From: an uncultured Gammaproteobacteria bacterium
Lineage (GTDB): Bacteria > Patescibacteriota > Microgenomatia > Levybacterales > GWA1-39-11
Length of the DNA: 64,000 bases
Direction of reading: 5' to 3'
Assembly (NCBI GenBank): GCA_964472415.1
Contig: CAYYLC010000003.1
Span: forward strand, 96,075 to 160,074
The notes under the pieces were generated by a model that was not told where the DNA came from, made no database searches, and worked only from the letters and a program-made list of their open reading frames with translations. Positions 40,829-51,276 of the stretch are shown in pieces; the stretch's first letter is position 1, and every line of letters starts with the position of its first letter. A program made the translations under genes and the position numbers.

Positions 40829-42579
40829 AATTCGCTAATAATTTTTTCTTCAGAAATATGGAACCAGAAAAATCTATGACCAGTAAGAGTAAGGAAGTAT
40901 TTTTCGTCTGTAACTGTCGGAAATACGATTTCTCCATTCATCTCAAAGAGATTTAATCCTTTATATTCCGATAGATCTATTTCACAGTATTGCGCGCGTC
41001 GAGATAAATTATAGACACAGAGAATTGTGTCATCTTTATATTCTCGAATGAACGCAAAGATTGCTTTATTTCCGGTTTCAAGAGCTTGGAACGTTCCTCT
41101 TCCAAATGCCTTCGTCTTGCGCCTTACTTTTAGTCGAATCTTTACCCAATTGAGGAAAGAATATGGCATTTTCTCCTCTGTTCGTACATTGAGTGTTTCA
41201 TAATGATATGCTGGGTTTGTGATGGGTGGTAGATAGCAGTGTTCAGGGTCTGCTATAGAAAATCCAGCATTGAGATCGGAACTCCATTGCATAGGTGTTC
41301 TCACACCATTTCTATCTCCGAGAAATACGTTATCCCCCATTCCCAGCTCATCTCCGTAGTACATTACTGGACTTCCGGGAAGTGTAAGGAGCATTCCTGT
41401 GAGGAGCTCCATGGTAAGTTGGTCATTGTCTACGAGTGGCGCAAGTCTTCGTCTAATTCCTACATTTATTTTCATTTTCGGGTGTTTTGCGTATTCCATA
41501 TACATGAAGTCTCGCTCTTCATCTGTTACCATTTCAAGAGTTAGCTCGTCATGATTTCTTAAGAAAGTTGCCCATTGGGAATTTTTCGGAAGGTCTCTGG
41601 TCTGCTCCAGAATGTCTTCAATTGCAGTTTTGTCCTTTTTTGCAAGGGAAAGATAGATCCGTGGCATAAGCGGGAAATTAAATGCCATGTGGAACTCCGG
41701 GTTTTCGTTATCACCAAAGTATGGGATTGTTTCGGAGGGGATCTGGTTTGCTTCAGCAAGAAGAATTTTTCCAGGGTATTTTTCATCCATCATGCGTCTA
41801 ACGTCTTTGAAAAACTCGTGCGTTTCAGGAAGATTTTCTCCAGATGTCCCTTCTCGCTCAAATAAATACGGCACAGCATCACATCTCATTCCATCAAGTC
41901 CAAGGTCCATCCAGAAGCTAATAATCTTTTTCATTTCCTCGCGCACCTCTGGGTTGTCATAATTAAGATCTGGTTGATTGCTAAAAAATCTATGCCAGAA
42001 GTATTGTTTCGCTTCAGGATCCCAAGTCCAGTTAGAGGTCTCAGTGTCGGTGAAAATGATCCGAATATCTTTATATTTTTTATCATCATCTGCCCAAACA
42101 AACCAATTTCTCTTTGGACTATTTCTATCGGTACGTGCTTCCTTGAACCAGCTATGTTCATTTGATACGTGGTTAAATACCATATCGGAGATAATGCGGA
42201 GTCCTCTGTTGTGTGCTTCCTCTGTAAATTTTTTGAAGTCATCAAGTGTTCCTAGGTCAGGGTGAATATTATAAAAATCAGACACGTCGTATCCGTCGTC
42301 TTTAAGAGGTGAGGGGAAAAATGGGAGAAGCCAGATGCAGTCTATTCCCAGGCTCTGGAGATAGTCGAGTTTTTGAGTGAGTCCTGTAAAATCTCCTATT
42401 CCATCCCCATTGCTATCAAAAAATGTTCTCACATGTAGCTCATAAAAAACCGCGTCTTTATACCATAAGTCATCTTCTATATTTTTTTCTATAAGCTTTT
42501 CATCTAGCTCTCCGGGGGACATTCTAGACATACGAACACTATACCATCTCGAATGCGTTTCGTCATCATATAATTCCAA
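40825..42579 (-). CDS. treS: GH13 trehalose synthase / maltose alpha-D-glucosyltransferase (TreS-like)
   Basis: 584 aa; GH13 motifs [60 protein letters not shown]. Confidence 0.75.
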   Translation of the reverse strand: MELYDDETHSRWYSVRMSRMSPGELDEKLIEKNIEDDLWYKDAVFYELHVRTFFDSNGDGIGDFTGLTQKLDYLQSLGIDCIWLLPFFPSPLKDDGYDVSDFYNIHPDLGTLDDFKKFTEEAHNRGLRIISDMVFNHVSNEHSWFKEARTDRNSPKRNWFVWADDDKKYKDIRIIFTDTETSNWTWDPEAKQYFWHRFFSNQPDLNYDNPEVREEMKKIISFWMDLGLDGMRCDAVPYLFEREGTSGENLPETHEFFKDVRRMMDEKYPGKILLAEANQIPSETIPYFGDNENPEFHMAFNFPLMPRIYLSLAKKDKTAIEDILEQTRDLPKNSQWATFLRNHDELTLEMVTDEERDFMYMEYAKHPKMKINVGIRRRLAPLVDNDQLTMELLTGMLLTLPGSPVMYYGDELGMGDNVFLGDRNGVRTPMQWSSDLNAGFSIADPEHCYLPPITNPAYHYETLNVRTEEKMPYSFLNWVKIRLKVRRKTKAFGRGTFQALETGNKAIFAFIREYKDDTILCVYNLSRRAQYCEIDLSEYKGLNLFEMNGEIVFPTVTDEKYFLTLTGHRFFWFHISEEKIISEF

Positions 42580-42655
42580 TAATGATGTCTTCCTTGAAGC
42601 TGGGGTGCGTTTTTACTATAATTTACGGGTCCCACACTAAATATGGGTGCGTTTT

Positions 42656-42726
42656 TGCCGAGTCGTCTAATGGTAGGACAACGGACTTTGGATCCGTTTA
42701 TTCTGGTTCGAATCCAGGCTCGGCAG
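42656..42726 (+). tRNA. tRNA-Gln (anticodon UUG)
   Basis: tgccgagtcgtctaatggtaggacaacggactttggatccgtttattctggttcgaatccaggctcggcag: U1-A72 first pair and 3-bp D-stem typical of bacterial tRNA-Gln; anticodon loop ctTTGga. Confidence 0.8.
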
Positions 42727-44409
42727 CATGATTCTACTGATAGGCTGATAATCGATCAAATTGCTTGTTATTACGGCCTTTTCTGTAGGTTCTAACGCAA
42801 ATATAATGTCCTCGATTTCTCTCTTTGCTTTCTCTATAAGAAAATATGGCCTATCTCCTGAGATTTGGAGGCTTCGATCTAGAATTGTTAGGTTCGAACC
42901 AAGTTTTGACAAAATATAGGTTTTGGTTCTAACGTCACCTGTTTCAAACTGATATTTGGCACTGCAAGCGAAGTTAAATGTCTCTTTTGACTGGAAATAC
43001 CACTCCTCTTGTTTCTTGTCCACTGAGTCAATTTGCTTCATGACATCTTTTCTCTCTTTTAGTAGTCTTTCTTCCTCATCATCGTAGAACTTCTGCATTT
43101 CAGTACCATTCGTGACGTTTTCTCTTGAGATTCTAAGTCTCGTAAGCCGCGCAAGCGCTTTATCACAGTTTTCCATCTGTTTTACAAGGTTTTCTTTAAT
43201 ACTTCTAATGTCTGTTTCTTCTTTATCATTTAGTTCATTTAAGTGATCTATGCACCAATCGCGGAACTCTTCCGTTAATTCAAATTTGTTAAGCTCTGTT
43301 TTGATCTTATCTTCAAGATTTTTCAGTGTCACACTACCTTGAGAACAAGTCTTAGTAACTCTTTTTGTGCAGTGGTAGAACACATAATGCAGCAACTTTG
43401 GATTTTTCATTTCCTCAATTAAAGTGCCACATTTAGGACAAGCATTTGTCAGTTTTCCTTTATGGAACTTTTGCTTACAAGTTGAGCAGATTATTTGCAT
43501 CTTTTCCTCAGCAGTCACACTTCCGTCACATTCACCACATTTGAGAACATGCTTATATGCGAATTCATGTCGTGCCATACGTGGCTTGCCTTTGCGTCCT
43601 AAACGCACCTGTAGTGTGTCAAATTCATCTTCAGTGAGCATTGGCTTATGTGTTCCAAATACTTCTCCTTCAGATCGCACCATGAGGCCATAATAGTAAC
43701 TATCTGTGAGGATTCTGTACCATCCAGATTTTGCCATTGGCAAACCGCCTTTACTTCCTCTTGCTCTTGATCTAAATTTCCATTTGTTATTTAGAACATC
43801 TAATGCTTCCATTGGAGTATAAGTTCCATCAATAATCAATCTCATTGCATTTTGCAGTAATGGAAATCTTTCCTCATCCACGCCTATTTTCTTTTCCTTG
43901 GTGGCTTCATCATAGTAGTTGAAGTATCCTGGCTTGGCAGGGCCGATCCATTTTTTAAGGTTGTGGAATATGTAATGGTTACCACGCTTCACATTCTTAC
44001 TCAGATTCCTGGAGTATTGGTTTGCCATTCCAAAATGAATTTGCAGAATAAGGTGATCTGAATCCTGTGTGTATCTTTCACCGTCAGTACTTCGAATTTC
44101 TTGAAGCTTTCCATCTTGTAACAGCTGGAGAAGATGTCCACCTTCCATTGGATTGCGGCACAGTCTGTCTGGCTTCCAAGTAAGAATTGCATTTATCTTA
44201 CGAGCCTCAATGAGTTCAATCATTTTTGTGAACTCTGGCCTATTGTTTGGCTTATATGCAGATTTTGACTCTTGGAAGATATGAGTAACTGTCAAATTGT
44301 CTCTATCAACTGCTTTTTTACACTCCTCATTCTGCTCGTTAATAGACATCGCCTGTTTCTCTTTTGACTCTGATGACTTTCTTGAATATTGTGCGTATAC
44401 TAGTTTCAT
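42667..44409 (-). CDS. large serine recombinase (resolvase/invertase N-domain, recombinase domain, zinc ribbon)
   Basis: 580 aa; N-terminal catalytic region VYAQYSRKSSESKEKQ...IDRLCR; CGECDGS...CSTC and CPKCG zinc ribbon; coiled-coil C-terminus. The 3' end of the ORF runs into tRNA-Gln on the opposite strand. Confidence 0.8.
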   Translation of the reverse strand: MKLVYAQYSRKSSESKEKQAMSINEQNEECKKAVDRDNLTVTHIFQESKSAYKPNNRPEFTKMIELIEARKINAILTWKPDRLCRNPMEGGHLLQLLQDGKLQEIRSTDGERYTQDSDHLILQIHFGMANQYSRNLSKNVKRGNHYIFHNLKKWIGPAKPGYFNYYDEATKEKKIGVDEERFPLLQNAMRLIIDGTYTPMEALDVLNNKWKFRSRARGSKGGLPMAKSGWYRILTDSYYYGLMVRSEGEVFGTHKPMLTEDEFDTLQVRLGRKGKPRMARHEFAYKHVLKCGECDGSVTAEEKMQIICSTCKQKFHKGKLTNACPKCGTLIEEMKNPKLLHYVFYHCTKRVTKTCSQGSVTLKNLEDKIKTELNKFELTEEFRDWCIDHLNELNDKEETDIRSIKENLVKQMENCDKALARLTRLRISRENVTNGTEMQKFYDDEEERLLKERKDVMKQIDSVDKKQEEWYFQSKETFNFACSAKYQFETGDVRTKTYILSKLGSNLTILDRSLQISGDRPYFLIEKAKREIEDIIFALEPTEKAVITSNLIDYQPISRIMLPSLDSNQNKRIQSPLSYH

Positions 44410-44451
44410 TTTCTAAATTCTCCTATATATAAATTTTACCGCTATTTGAGG

Positions 44452-44970
44452 CTAAAAGTCAGCCTTTTCTGTTCGTAATGGTTTATCTTTCCAATTCATT
44501 TGCTTTATAAGTTTCTTTCTCCATACTTCATATTTCGCTTGACTCATCTTTTCATTTCGTTTTATTCCATTTGTATTATTAGTAGGAAGTATATTTCCTG
44601 GATGGAGTGGAACTTTAGTTCCTAAATGAGAGGAATTTCCATTCCTAATGCTTGAACCACTTTTTGCTTTTGAAGGTAAATCTCTTGTACTCTTCAAATT
44701 CCTGTGAACTGTATATGTATTCACTCGATTCCATCCTTCTCTTTTTATTTCAATCAATCCTTCCTTTTTTAGTTGCTTTAATAGAATTCTAATGTTTCTA
44801 TCACCGCATCCTAAAATTGCAGCAAGTGTTGTTTGTCCAGGAAAGCATGACTCTTTTTGATAACAATGTTTGAGCAATACAATGTATAAGAATCTTGCTT
44901 GAACTGAGAGCTGAGACACATCTAATAGTTCGTTTGGAACCATAGTAAAGTTTTTGCGTTTCATATTCAT
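44452..44970 (-). CDS. winged-helix HTH protein (replication-initiator or transcriptional-regulator-like)
   Basis: 172 aa; FTMVPNELLD...LSVQARFLYIVLLKHCYQKESCFPGQTTLAAILGCGDRNIRILLKQLKKEGLIEI resembles phage/plasmid replication HTH domains. Confidence 0.5.
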   Translation of the reverse strand: MNMKRKNFTMVPNELLDVSQLSVQARFLYIVLLKHCYQKESCFPGQTTLAAILGCGDRNIRILLKQLKKEGLIEIKREGWNRVNTYTVHRNLKSTRDLPSKAKSGSSIRNGNSSHLGTKVPLHPGNILPTNNTNGIKRNEKMSQAKYEVWRKKLIKQMNWKDKPLRTEKADF

Positions 44971-45133
44971 TTTTTTGGAATTGGTTTATAGATCAACTTG
45001 AAAAATTCCAACAACTCAACACCAAGTTCATTGGCCTGTTCATCACTTAGCTGAATACCAAACTTTAGGAAGTAAATTACCTTGAATTCGTCGATTGCTT
45101 TTTTGCTCAGTCTCATCATGTCTACATTGTGTT

Positions 45134-45147
45134 AGAAATGATGGAAC
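45134..45147 (+). repeat. island motif copy (agaAATGATGGAAc), partial
   Basis: Matches the AATGATGGAA core of the motif; opens an 18-codon ORF MMELKELQ.... Confidence 0.35.
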
Positions 45148-45186
45148 TTAAAGAGCTACAGAAAGTTGGAGATTATTTGTACACCA

Positions 45187-45960
45187 CTATTTGAGAAGAT
45201 TTTTGTATCTGCGGACTGCTTGTTTTACCATTTCATACTCTGGAATTGCATATCTATTGCGGTTCTTCTCATATTCCAATCTATTGGCCGGTGATGTTGC
45301 GGATAAGGCAATATCTGTATATCCTATGCCTTCAATATTCATCCAATACCATTCACGATCTCGTCTGAAATTGCCAGCCTTCCTATTCTTCATTCGATAG
45401 TAGTAGTTAAGTAACTTCATATGAGATTCAAAGATGTCAGGTACATTCTTTTCAAAGACTTCCTGTACATCTTTAAGTGTTGTCATTGGAGTTATGACAA
45501 TTTTTACTTCAGGTAAATCTGTATATTCTGGAGGCTTGGGTGGATCAGTTGGTTCTACTTCAATCTTTGTGTGTTGATAGCTGAAATCTCCAACAACACC
45601 ACACGCTAAAGCAAACTGAATTATCTGAGTGAAATATCCAGGCTTTTTGAATCTTTTGCATAGCTCTACTGAATCTTCTTCAAACTTCCAGAATGGCCTA
45701 TTTGTACTTCTCCATTCAAAATCTTTTGTGTCTTCAAGTGTTTGAATATCTTCATCTAGCAGTTTTATTGTCCACTTCATGAATTCCGATTCTGACATTA
45801 ACGAATTTATTCCATGCTTCTTTCTGTATTCAGGAAGCAGTCTCAGAAACTCTGGCTTATCAACAAGTAGTGCAACATCCATGTATGCAATATCATTGGT
45901 ACATTTGATGTCTATCTTTAAGTCCAGCAAATCTTTATTGTCTGCAATTCTCATTCTCAT
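45187..45960 (-). CDS. hypothetical protein (257 aa), island-borne
   Basis: Long ORF upstream of the HTH gene; no recognisable motifs. Confidence 0.4.
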   Translation of the reverse strand: MRMRIADNKDLLDLKIDIKCTNDIAYMDVALLVDKPEFLRLLPEYRKKHGINSLMSESEFMKWTIKLLDEDIQTLEDTKDFEWRSTNRPFWKFEEDSVELCKRFKKPGYFTQIIQFALACGVVGDFSYQHTKIEVEPTDPPKPPEYTDLPEVKIVITPMTTLKDVQEVFEKNVPDIFESHMKLLNYYYRMKNRKAGNFRRDREWYWMNIEGIGYTDIALSATSPANRLEYEKNRNRYAIPEYEMVKQAVRRYKNLLK

Positions 45961-46210
45961 CTTTATTTTACTTGATGGGGGTGGCCATTTTACATGGAAG
46001 GATTATAACCAATTTGGTTAGATGCCTCTAAAATTTGCACCTATGCTGGTTAATATCTCAGCTTATGTAGAGTACCAAAGAATATTTATGCAGAGATATA
46101 AAAGCAGCATGTGAGCATTTGCTCTTACTCTTTTCATTTAAGGCTAGGAACTCTTTCAAGACTCTCTGTTATTAGAGGAAATCATTATTTCTAATAGGTG
46201 AATTATCTAC

Positions 46211-46234
46211 TTTTAATCAGGAATGATGGAATGT
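46211..46234 (+). repeat. island motif copy ttttaatcaggaatgatggaatgt
   Basis: Its ATGATGG provides the ATG of the 46223 Xis-like ORF. Confidence 0.5.
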
Positions 46235-46480
46235 TTAATCTCTGGTATTTTGATGTTCAATTTAGTACAATTAAGCTCAACTAATATGAACGCAGAGCTT
46301 GAAGAGCTTATATCTATCCAAGAGGCAGCAAGGATTTTGAATGTCAACGTTCAAACTCTGAGGAGATGGGACAGAACAGGTGTTCTCAAAGCAGTTCGTG
46401 TAGGTACTCGGAAAGGTGTTGGTGACAGACGATACCGCAAGAGTGATATTGAGGCTTATTTGTCACGAAATAAAAAATAA
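46223..46480 (+). CDS. excisionase/MerR-like HTH DNA-binding protein
   Basis: ISIQEAARILNVNVQTLRRWDRTGVLKAVRVGTRKGVGDRRYRKSDIEAYL is a helix-turn-helix of the Xis/MerR (HTH_17) type. Start could be the internal MNAELEE at 46289. Confidence 0.6.
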   Translation: MMECLISGILMFNLVQLSSTNMNAELEELISIQEAARILNVNVQTLRRWDRTGVLKAVRVGTRKGVGDRRYRKSDIEAYLSRNKK

Positions 46481-46504
46481 GCACCAAAGAGAATTAAGAA
46501 AATT

Positions 46505-47413
46505 ATGGCATTATTTACAATTACTAATAATAAGGCATCGAAAATTGCACCGATTAAAGTTGGGCTGGAGAAAGATGTACAAAAGATATTCGAAGAGAAT
46601 CTAAATGAGATTTTGAATATAACTTTTCTTGCCACTGAATACTCTACAAGTTTTGGAGGGAGAATTGATTCTCTCGGAATTGATAATAATGGTGCACCAG
46701 TCATTATTGAATATAAACGTAACCATAATGACAATGTAATCAACCAAGGCCTTTCATATCTTCGATGGTTACTAGATCATAAAGCAGATTTTGATGTATT
46801 AGCACATAAAGTAAATCCAGAAATTGAGATTGACTGGAATTCTCCACGAGTCATTTGTGTGGCTGAGAGTTATAACAAATTTGATCTGGATACTGTTGAA
46901 CTTCTTCCAATTAACATTGAACTTTTGAGATATAAAATTTATCAAAACAATCTCCTACTAGTAGAGCCAGAAACACAACAAAAAGTACGTATCTCAACCT
47001 CAAAAATTTTCAATAAAGAAAAACAAGAGAAATCAATTGGAGAAAAAGTCACTTACAAATTAGAGGATCATCTATCTGGTATCAGTTCGAAAGCAAAGGA
47101 AATATTTGAAGAGGTAAATGAAAAAATTGTTGCACTTGATGAGTCAATTATTGTTGAGCCAAAAGCGAAATATATTGCCTATAAATTGACAACAAATTTT
47201 GTTGATATTGTTGTAAAGCAATACGGCCTCAAAATTTTTCTAAATGTTCCAAGTGGTGAACTGAATGATCCTCATGGTATGGCACGTGATCTCACAAAGC
47301 CAAAACCTATTGGACACTGGGGTAATGGAGACTACGAAGTAAAAATTGAAACACAAGAGGATATAGAAAAAGTATTTGATCTAATCAAGCAAAGTTATTC
47401 ATTCAATAAATAA
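46505..47413 (+). CDS. PD-(D/E)xK-type nuclease (restriction-endonuclease-like N-domain with DUF5655-like C-terminal region), candidate R subunit
   Basis: GRIDSLGIDNNGAPVIIEYKR is a D...(D/E)xK core. The stop at 47413 lies 3 bp from the methyltransferase start (translational coupling). Confidence 0.5.
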   Translation: MALFTITNNKASKIAPIKVGLEKDVQKIFEENLNEILNITFLATEYSTSFGGRIDSLGIDNNGAPVIIEYKRNHNDNVINQGLSYLRWLLDHKADFDVLAHKVNPEIEIDWNSPRVICVAESYNKFDLDTVELLPINIELLRYKIYQNNLLLVEPETQQKVRISTSKIFNKEKQEKSIGEKVTYKLEDHLSGISSKAKEIFEEVNEKIVALDESIIVEPKAKYIAYKLTTNFVDIVVKQYGLKIFLNVPSGELNDPHGMARDLTKPKPIGHWGNGDYEVKIETQEDIEKVFDLIKQSYSFNK

Positions 47414-47415
47414 AT

Positions 47416-48504
47416 ATGAGTTCAAAATCATTAAATTCAAATTTACACAAAGCAAGTAAAGCAAAAAAGGATGAGTTTTATACTCAACTTACAGATATTG
47501 AAAAAGAGCTTCGACACTATAAAGATCAATTCAAAGGCAAAGTTGTTTACTGCAACTGTGATGATCCTTTCGAAAGTAACTTCTTCAAATACTTCGCTTC
47601 CAATTTCAACGCACTAGGACTTAAAAAACTAATAACTACTAGTTTTTCAGGCTCACCAATCACTGGAAAGCAACTTTCTCTATTGGACATGGAAGGACTA
47701 AAACCTAAAGGAAAACAGCCATTCAAGATTGAGATTACTAATGTACCAGACAAGAATACTGATGGTGCTATCGACTTAACAGATGTGGAATGGCTATTAA
47801 AACAAGACACGAATGTATCCACTCCTCTTAAAGAAAGCGGAGACTTTAGAAGTGAAGAATGTATAGACTTACTCAAGCAATCAGATATTGTGGTAACTAA
47901 TCCACCATTCTCACTCTTTCGAGAATATATTGCTCAACTTATTGAGTATGAAAAAAAGTTTTTGATTATCGGAAATTTGAATGGAATAAGCTATCAAGAA
48001 ATATTTAAGTTAATCCAAGGCAATAGGCTTTGGCTAGGTTACAATAATGGACACAAAACTTACTTAGTTCCAGATTATTATGAGCAAAAGAATATATATG
48101 TCGGTGAGGATGGTAAAAAGTATGCCAAAATGGGAAATACAGGATGGTTTACAAATCTAGATATTAGCAAACGTCACGAAATGCTTACTCTTTATAAAAG
48201 ATATAATCCGCAAGACTTTCCACAGTACGACAACTATGACGCAATTGAAGTATCAAAAGTATTAGAAATTCCGTTAGATTATAATGGCATTATGGGTGTG
48301 CCAGTAACATTTCTTGACAAATATAATCCAGAACAATTTGAAATATTAGGGATTACTGATAGAAATCCTAAGAGCAAATATAGAACAAAAATGTATACCA
48401 AGGCTGACTCACCAATGTATAACGACTTAAACAGACGTGCAGCAATTAAATTTGATGGTAAATTAAAACCTACATATGCTCGATTGCTGATAAAGAAAAA
48501 ATGA
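47416..48504 (+). CDS. N6-adenine (or N4-cytosine) DNA methyltransferase
   Basis: DEFYTQL N-terminal motif, catalytic motif IV VVTNPPFS (NPPF), candidate AdoMet-binding region KVVYCNCDDPFES. Confidence 0.7.
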   Translation: MSSKSLNSNLHKASKAKKDEFYTQLTDIEKELRHYKDQFKGKVVYCNCDDPFESNFFKYFASNFNALGLKKLITTSFSGSPITGKQLSLLDMEGLKPKGKQPFKIEITNVPDKNTDGAIDLTDVEWLLKQDTNVSTPLKESGDFRSEECIDLLKQSDIVVTNPPFSLFREYIAQLIEYEKKFLIIGNLNGISYQEIFKLIQGNRLWLGYNNGHKTYLVPDYYEQKNIYVGEDGKKYAKMGNTGWFTNLDISKRHEMLTLYKRYNPQDFPQYDNYDAIEVSKVLEIPLDYNGIMGVPVTFLDKYNPEQFEILGITDRNPKSKYRTKMYTKADSPMYNDLNRRAAIKFDGKLKPTYARLLIKKK

Positions 48505-48505
48505 T

Positions 48506-49609
48506 ATGAAAATTGAATTACACAAAATAAAAGTTCGTGAAGTGGTTGAAGGATACAAAGACAATGCTGAAGAAGGTGTTGTAGGATATGGTGGCGAACT
48601 TGATATTCGCCCTAAGTATCAGCGTGAATTCGTTTACAAAGACGCTCAGCGTGATGCAGTGATAGATACTGTCAAGAATGGCTTTCCTCTTAATGTCATG
48701 TATTGGGTAGTGCGTGAAGATGGTGGATATGAAGTCCTTGATGGACAGCAACGCACAATCTCGCTTGCACAATATGTAAATGGAGACTTTTCCATAGACT
48801 TTAATGGTAGGCTGGCAATGTTTCATAACTTAACTCCAGAAGAACAAAACCAGATTTTAGATTATGAGTTGATGATCTACTTTTGTGAAGGTACAGACAA
48901 AGAACGCCTTGATTGGTTTAGGATCATTAACATTGCTGGTGAGAAATTAACAGATCAAGAATTGAGAAATGCAGTATATACAGGGCCATGGCTTTCTGAC
49001 GCAAAACTTAAATTCAGTAAATCAAATTGCGTAGCATATCTTCTTTCAAATGACGGAGGTGCGTTACTCTCTGGATCACCAATAAGACAGGAATATTTAG
49101 AAACAGTACTTTCGTGGATCAATAATGGTGCAATTGAGGATTATATGGCACGTCATCAACATGATGAAAATGCCGATGAGCTATGGAATTATTTTCAAGA
49201 AGTAATCGCTTGGGTGAGAAAAACATTCTCAAACTACAGAAGAGAGATGGCAAGCGTGAATTGGGGTGAACTATACAATCAATTCAAGGATCATGAACTA
49301 AATCCTGAAAAACTGGAAGCTGAAATAAAAGTACTCATGCAGGATGAAGATGTTACAAAAAAGAGCGGTATTTATCCTTACGTTTTGACTCGTCTTGAAA
49401 AATATCTATCTATTAGAGCTTTTACTGACAAAATGAGACGAGAGGCATATGAGAGGCAAAATGGCGTATGTCCATTCTGCAAAAATAAATTTGAAATTGA
49501 AGAAATGGAAGCAGATCATATTACTCCATGGCATGAAGGTGGAAAAACAACTGCTGACAACTGTCAAATGCTTTGCAAACAAGATAATAGAACAAAATCT
49601 GGTGTGTAA
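48506..49609 (+). CDS. DUF262 (ParB/GmrS-like NTPase) - HNH endonuclease fusion, GmrSD-like candidate type IV or modification-dependent nuclease
   Basis: N-terminal DUF262 with DGQQRT motif; C-terminal HNH CPFCKNKFEIEEMEADHITPWHEGGKTTADNCQMLCKQDN. Start 2 bp after the methyltransferase stop. Confidence 0.65.
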   Translation: MKIELHKIKVREVVEGYKDNAEEGVVGYGGELDIRPKYQREFVYKDAQRDAVIDTVKNGFPLNVMYWVVREDGGYEVLDGQQRTISLAQYVNGDFSIDFNGRLAMFHNLTPEEQNQILDYELMIYFCEGTDKERLDWFRIINIAGEKLTDQELRNAVYTGPWLSDAKLKFSKSNCVAYLLSNDGGALLSGSPIRQEYLETVLSWINNGAIEDYMARHQHDENADELWNYFQEVIAWVRKTFSNYRREMASVNWGELYNQFKDHELNPEKLEAEIKVLMQDEDVTKKSGIYPYVLTRLEKYLSIRAFTDKMRREAYERQNGVCPFCKNKFEIEEMEADHITPWHEGGKTTADNCQMLCKQDNRTKSGV

Positions 49610-49656
49610 GTTGTATTGAATTAAAAATATGCTAAATCTGCCTATTATTACGAATA

Positions 49657-51273
49657 ATGAAAATATCGAAAATTATTGTTCAGAACTATAGATCAATTGA
49701 AAGGGTTGAGGTTAATCCAAGCAAATTTTCCATCTTTATCGGACAAAACAATCACGGCAAAACAAATTTCTTTGAGGCAATTGAATGGTTCTACAATTCC
49801 AAGTCATCAAATGAAGAAGAATATTGTAGAAAAGATTCAGACAATAAAATTCAAGTTGAGATAACTTTTGATGATGTTCTAGAAACAGACATTGAAAAAC
49901 TTACTTCTGATACCAATAAAACTAAAATTAGAAATATTTTGAATGGCTCTACTTCATTCTCTGTAATCAAATCAAGTACAGATCATAAAAGAAAATACTT
50001 TGTTAATGGTGAAGATAAAGGTAATCCTCAAGGACTAGACACTGCCATCAATGAATTTTTACCTAAGCTCGAATATGTTAATACTTCAATAAGATTAAAT
50101 GACGTTTCAAAATACAAAGACAGAAATCCTATTGGAACAATGCTTTCTGGCGTTCTCACTGCCATTATTGAAACATCACAAGACTACATTGAATTTAAGC
50201 AAACCTTCACAAAGTTATTTGACAATGCAGACTCAGAAGTTAGAAAAGAGCTTGATAAGTTAGGCGGACAAGTTGAAGTATATCTTCAGAAACAATTTCC
50301 AGGTGATACTAAGGTAAAGTTTGGTGTTAATCCACCTCATTTTACTGACTTATTAAAAAGTTTTGATACATCAATAAATGATGGAATTGAAACAACTGCT
50401 GAGGCAAAAGGTGATGGTATGCAAAGAGCAATAATGCTTTCAATTATCCAAGCATTTGCTGACTATCGTAAGAAGCAAATTGGTGGTGGAACTTTTCTGT
50501 TTATGATTGATGAAGCGGAATTGCACCTTCATCCAACTGCACAACGTTCTCTAAAGAATGCCTTATTAGACATATGTCAAACAGATCAAGTACTGGTAAA
50601 TACTCACTCCTCTGTTTTGGTTGTTGATAACAATGAACTTCAGAAGATTTTCAAGGTTGAAAAAACTGATGGAGTAACAAATATAGATGAGGTTGATGAT
50701 CTTGAGAAGATAAACATTATCTTCGAATTACTTGGTGGAAGTCCTTCCGATCTATTATTGCCAAGGAACTTTCTAATAGTAGAAGGAAAATGTGAATACG
50801 AATTCATCAAAATCATTATTGAACGTTATTATCGTGACAAATTTGATGGAATTAAGGTTTTATTTGCTGGAGGTGACTTGGATGAGCAAGAATCATCATT
50901 GCTCGCAGTCCACAAACTCTTTAATCCATTAGCTGGATCAGACAATCCAATTTATAAGGAAAGAGCTATTGTTTTAATAGACAAGCAAAATGGAGATCAG
51001 CAACATAAATTTGAAGCTTTTAAGCAAGGTTATCCTTATTTATTCAGCAATAATCATGTTTTTGAATTAACTACTACAACTCTGGAAGAATATTATCCAG
51101 ATGCATATAAGAAGAATGCTGCTGAGATCGCTCAACTGCAAGCAGACAGAAAAAAAGTTGAATATGCTAAAGAAGTTGCGTCAAAGATTACACAAGAGGA
51201 ATTTGAAAATGATATGCAGATAATATTCCAAGCACTTACTAAGTGTAATGAATGCGCTTTTAATCCGAAATAA
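49657..51273 (+). CDS. OLD-family protein: ABC/AAA_15-type ATPase with C-terminal TOPRIM-like nuclease region
   Basis: IVQNYRSIE...FIGQNNHGKTNFFEAIEWF (GxNxxGKT Walker A of the OLD/AAA_15 type), Q-loop region, Walker B/D-loop FLFMIDEAELHLHP, then FLIVEGKCEYEFI...VLIDKQNGD consistent with the TOPRIM conserved Glu and DxD. Confidence 0.7.
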   Translation: MKISKIIVQNYRSIERVEVNPSKFSIFIGQNNHGKTNFFEAIEWFYNSKSSNEEEYCRKDSDNKIQVEITFDDVLETDIEKLTSDTNKTKIRNILNGSTSFSVIKSSTDHKRKYFVNGEDKGNPQGLDTAINEFLPKLEYVNTSIRLNDVSKYKDRNPIGTMLSGVLTAIIETSQDYIEFKQTFTKLFDNADSEVRKELDKLGGQVEVYLQKQFPGDTKVKFGVNPPHFTDLLKSFDTSINDGIETTAEAKGDGMQRAIMLSIIQAFADYRKKQIGGGTFLFMIDEAELHLHPTAQRSLKNALLDICQTDQVLVNTHSSVLVVDNNELQKIFKVEKTDGVTNIDEVDDLEKINIIFELLGGSPSDLLLPRNFLIVEGKCEYEFIKIIIERYYRDKFDGIKVLFAGGDLDEQESSLLAVHKLFNPLAGSDNPIYKERAIVLIDKQNGDQQHKFEAFKQGYPYLFSNNHVFELTTTTLEEYYPDAYKKNAAEIAQLQADRKKVEYAKEVASKITQEEFENDMQIIFQALTKCNECAFNPK

Positions 51274-51276
51274 ATT

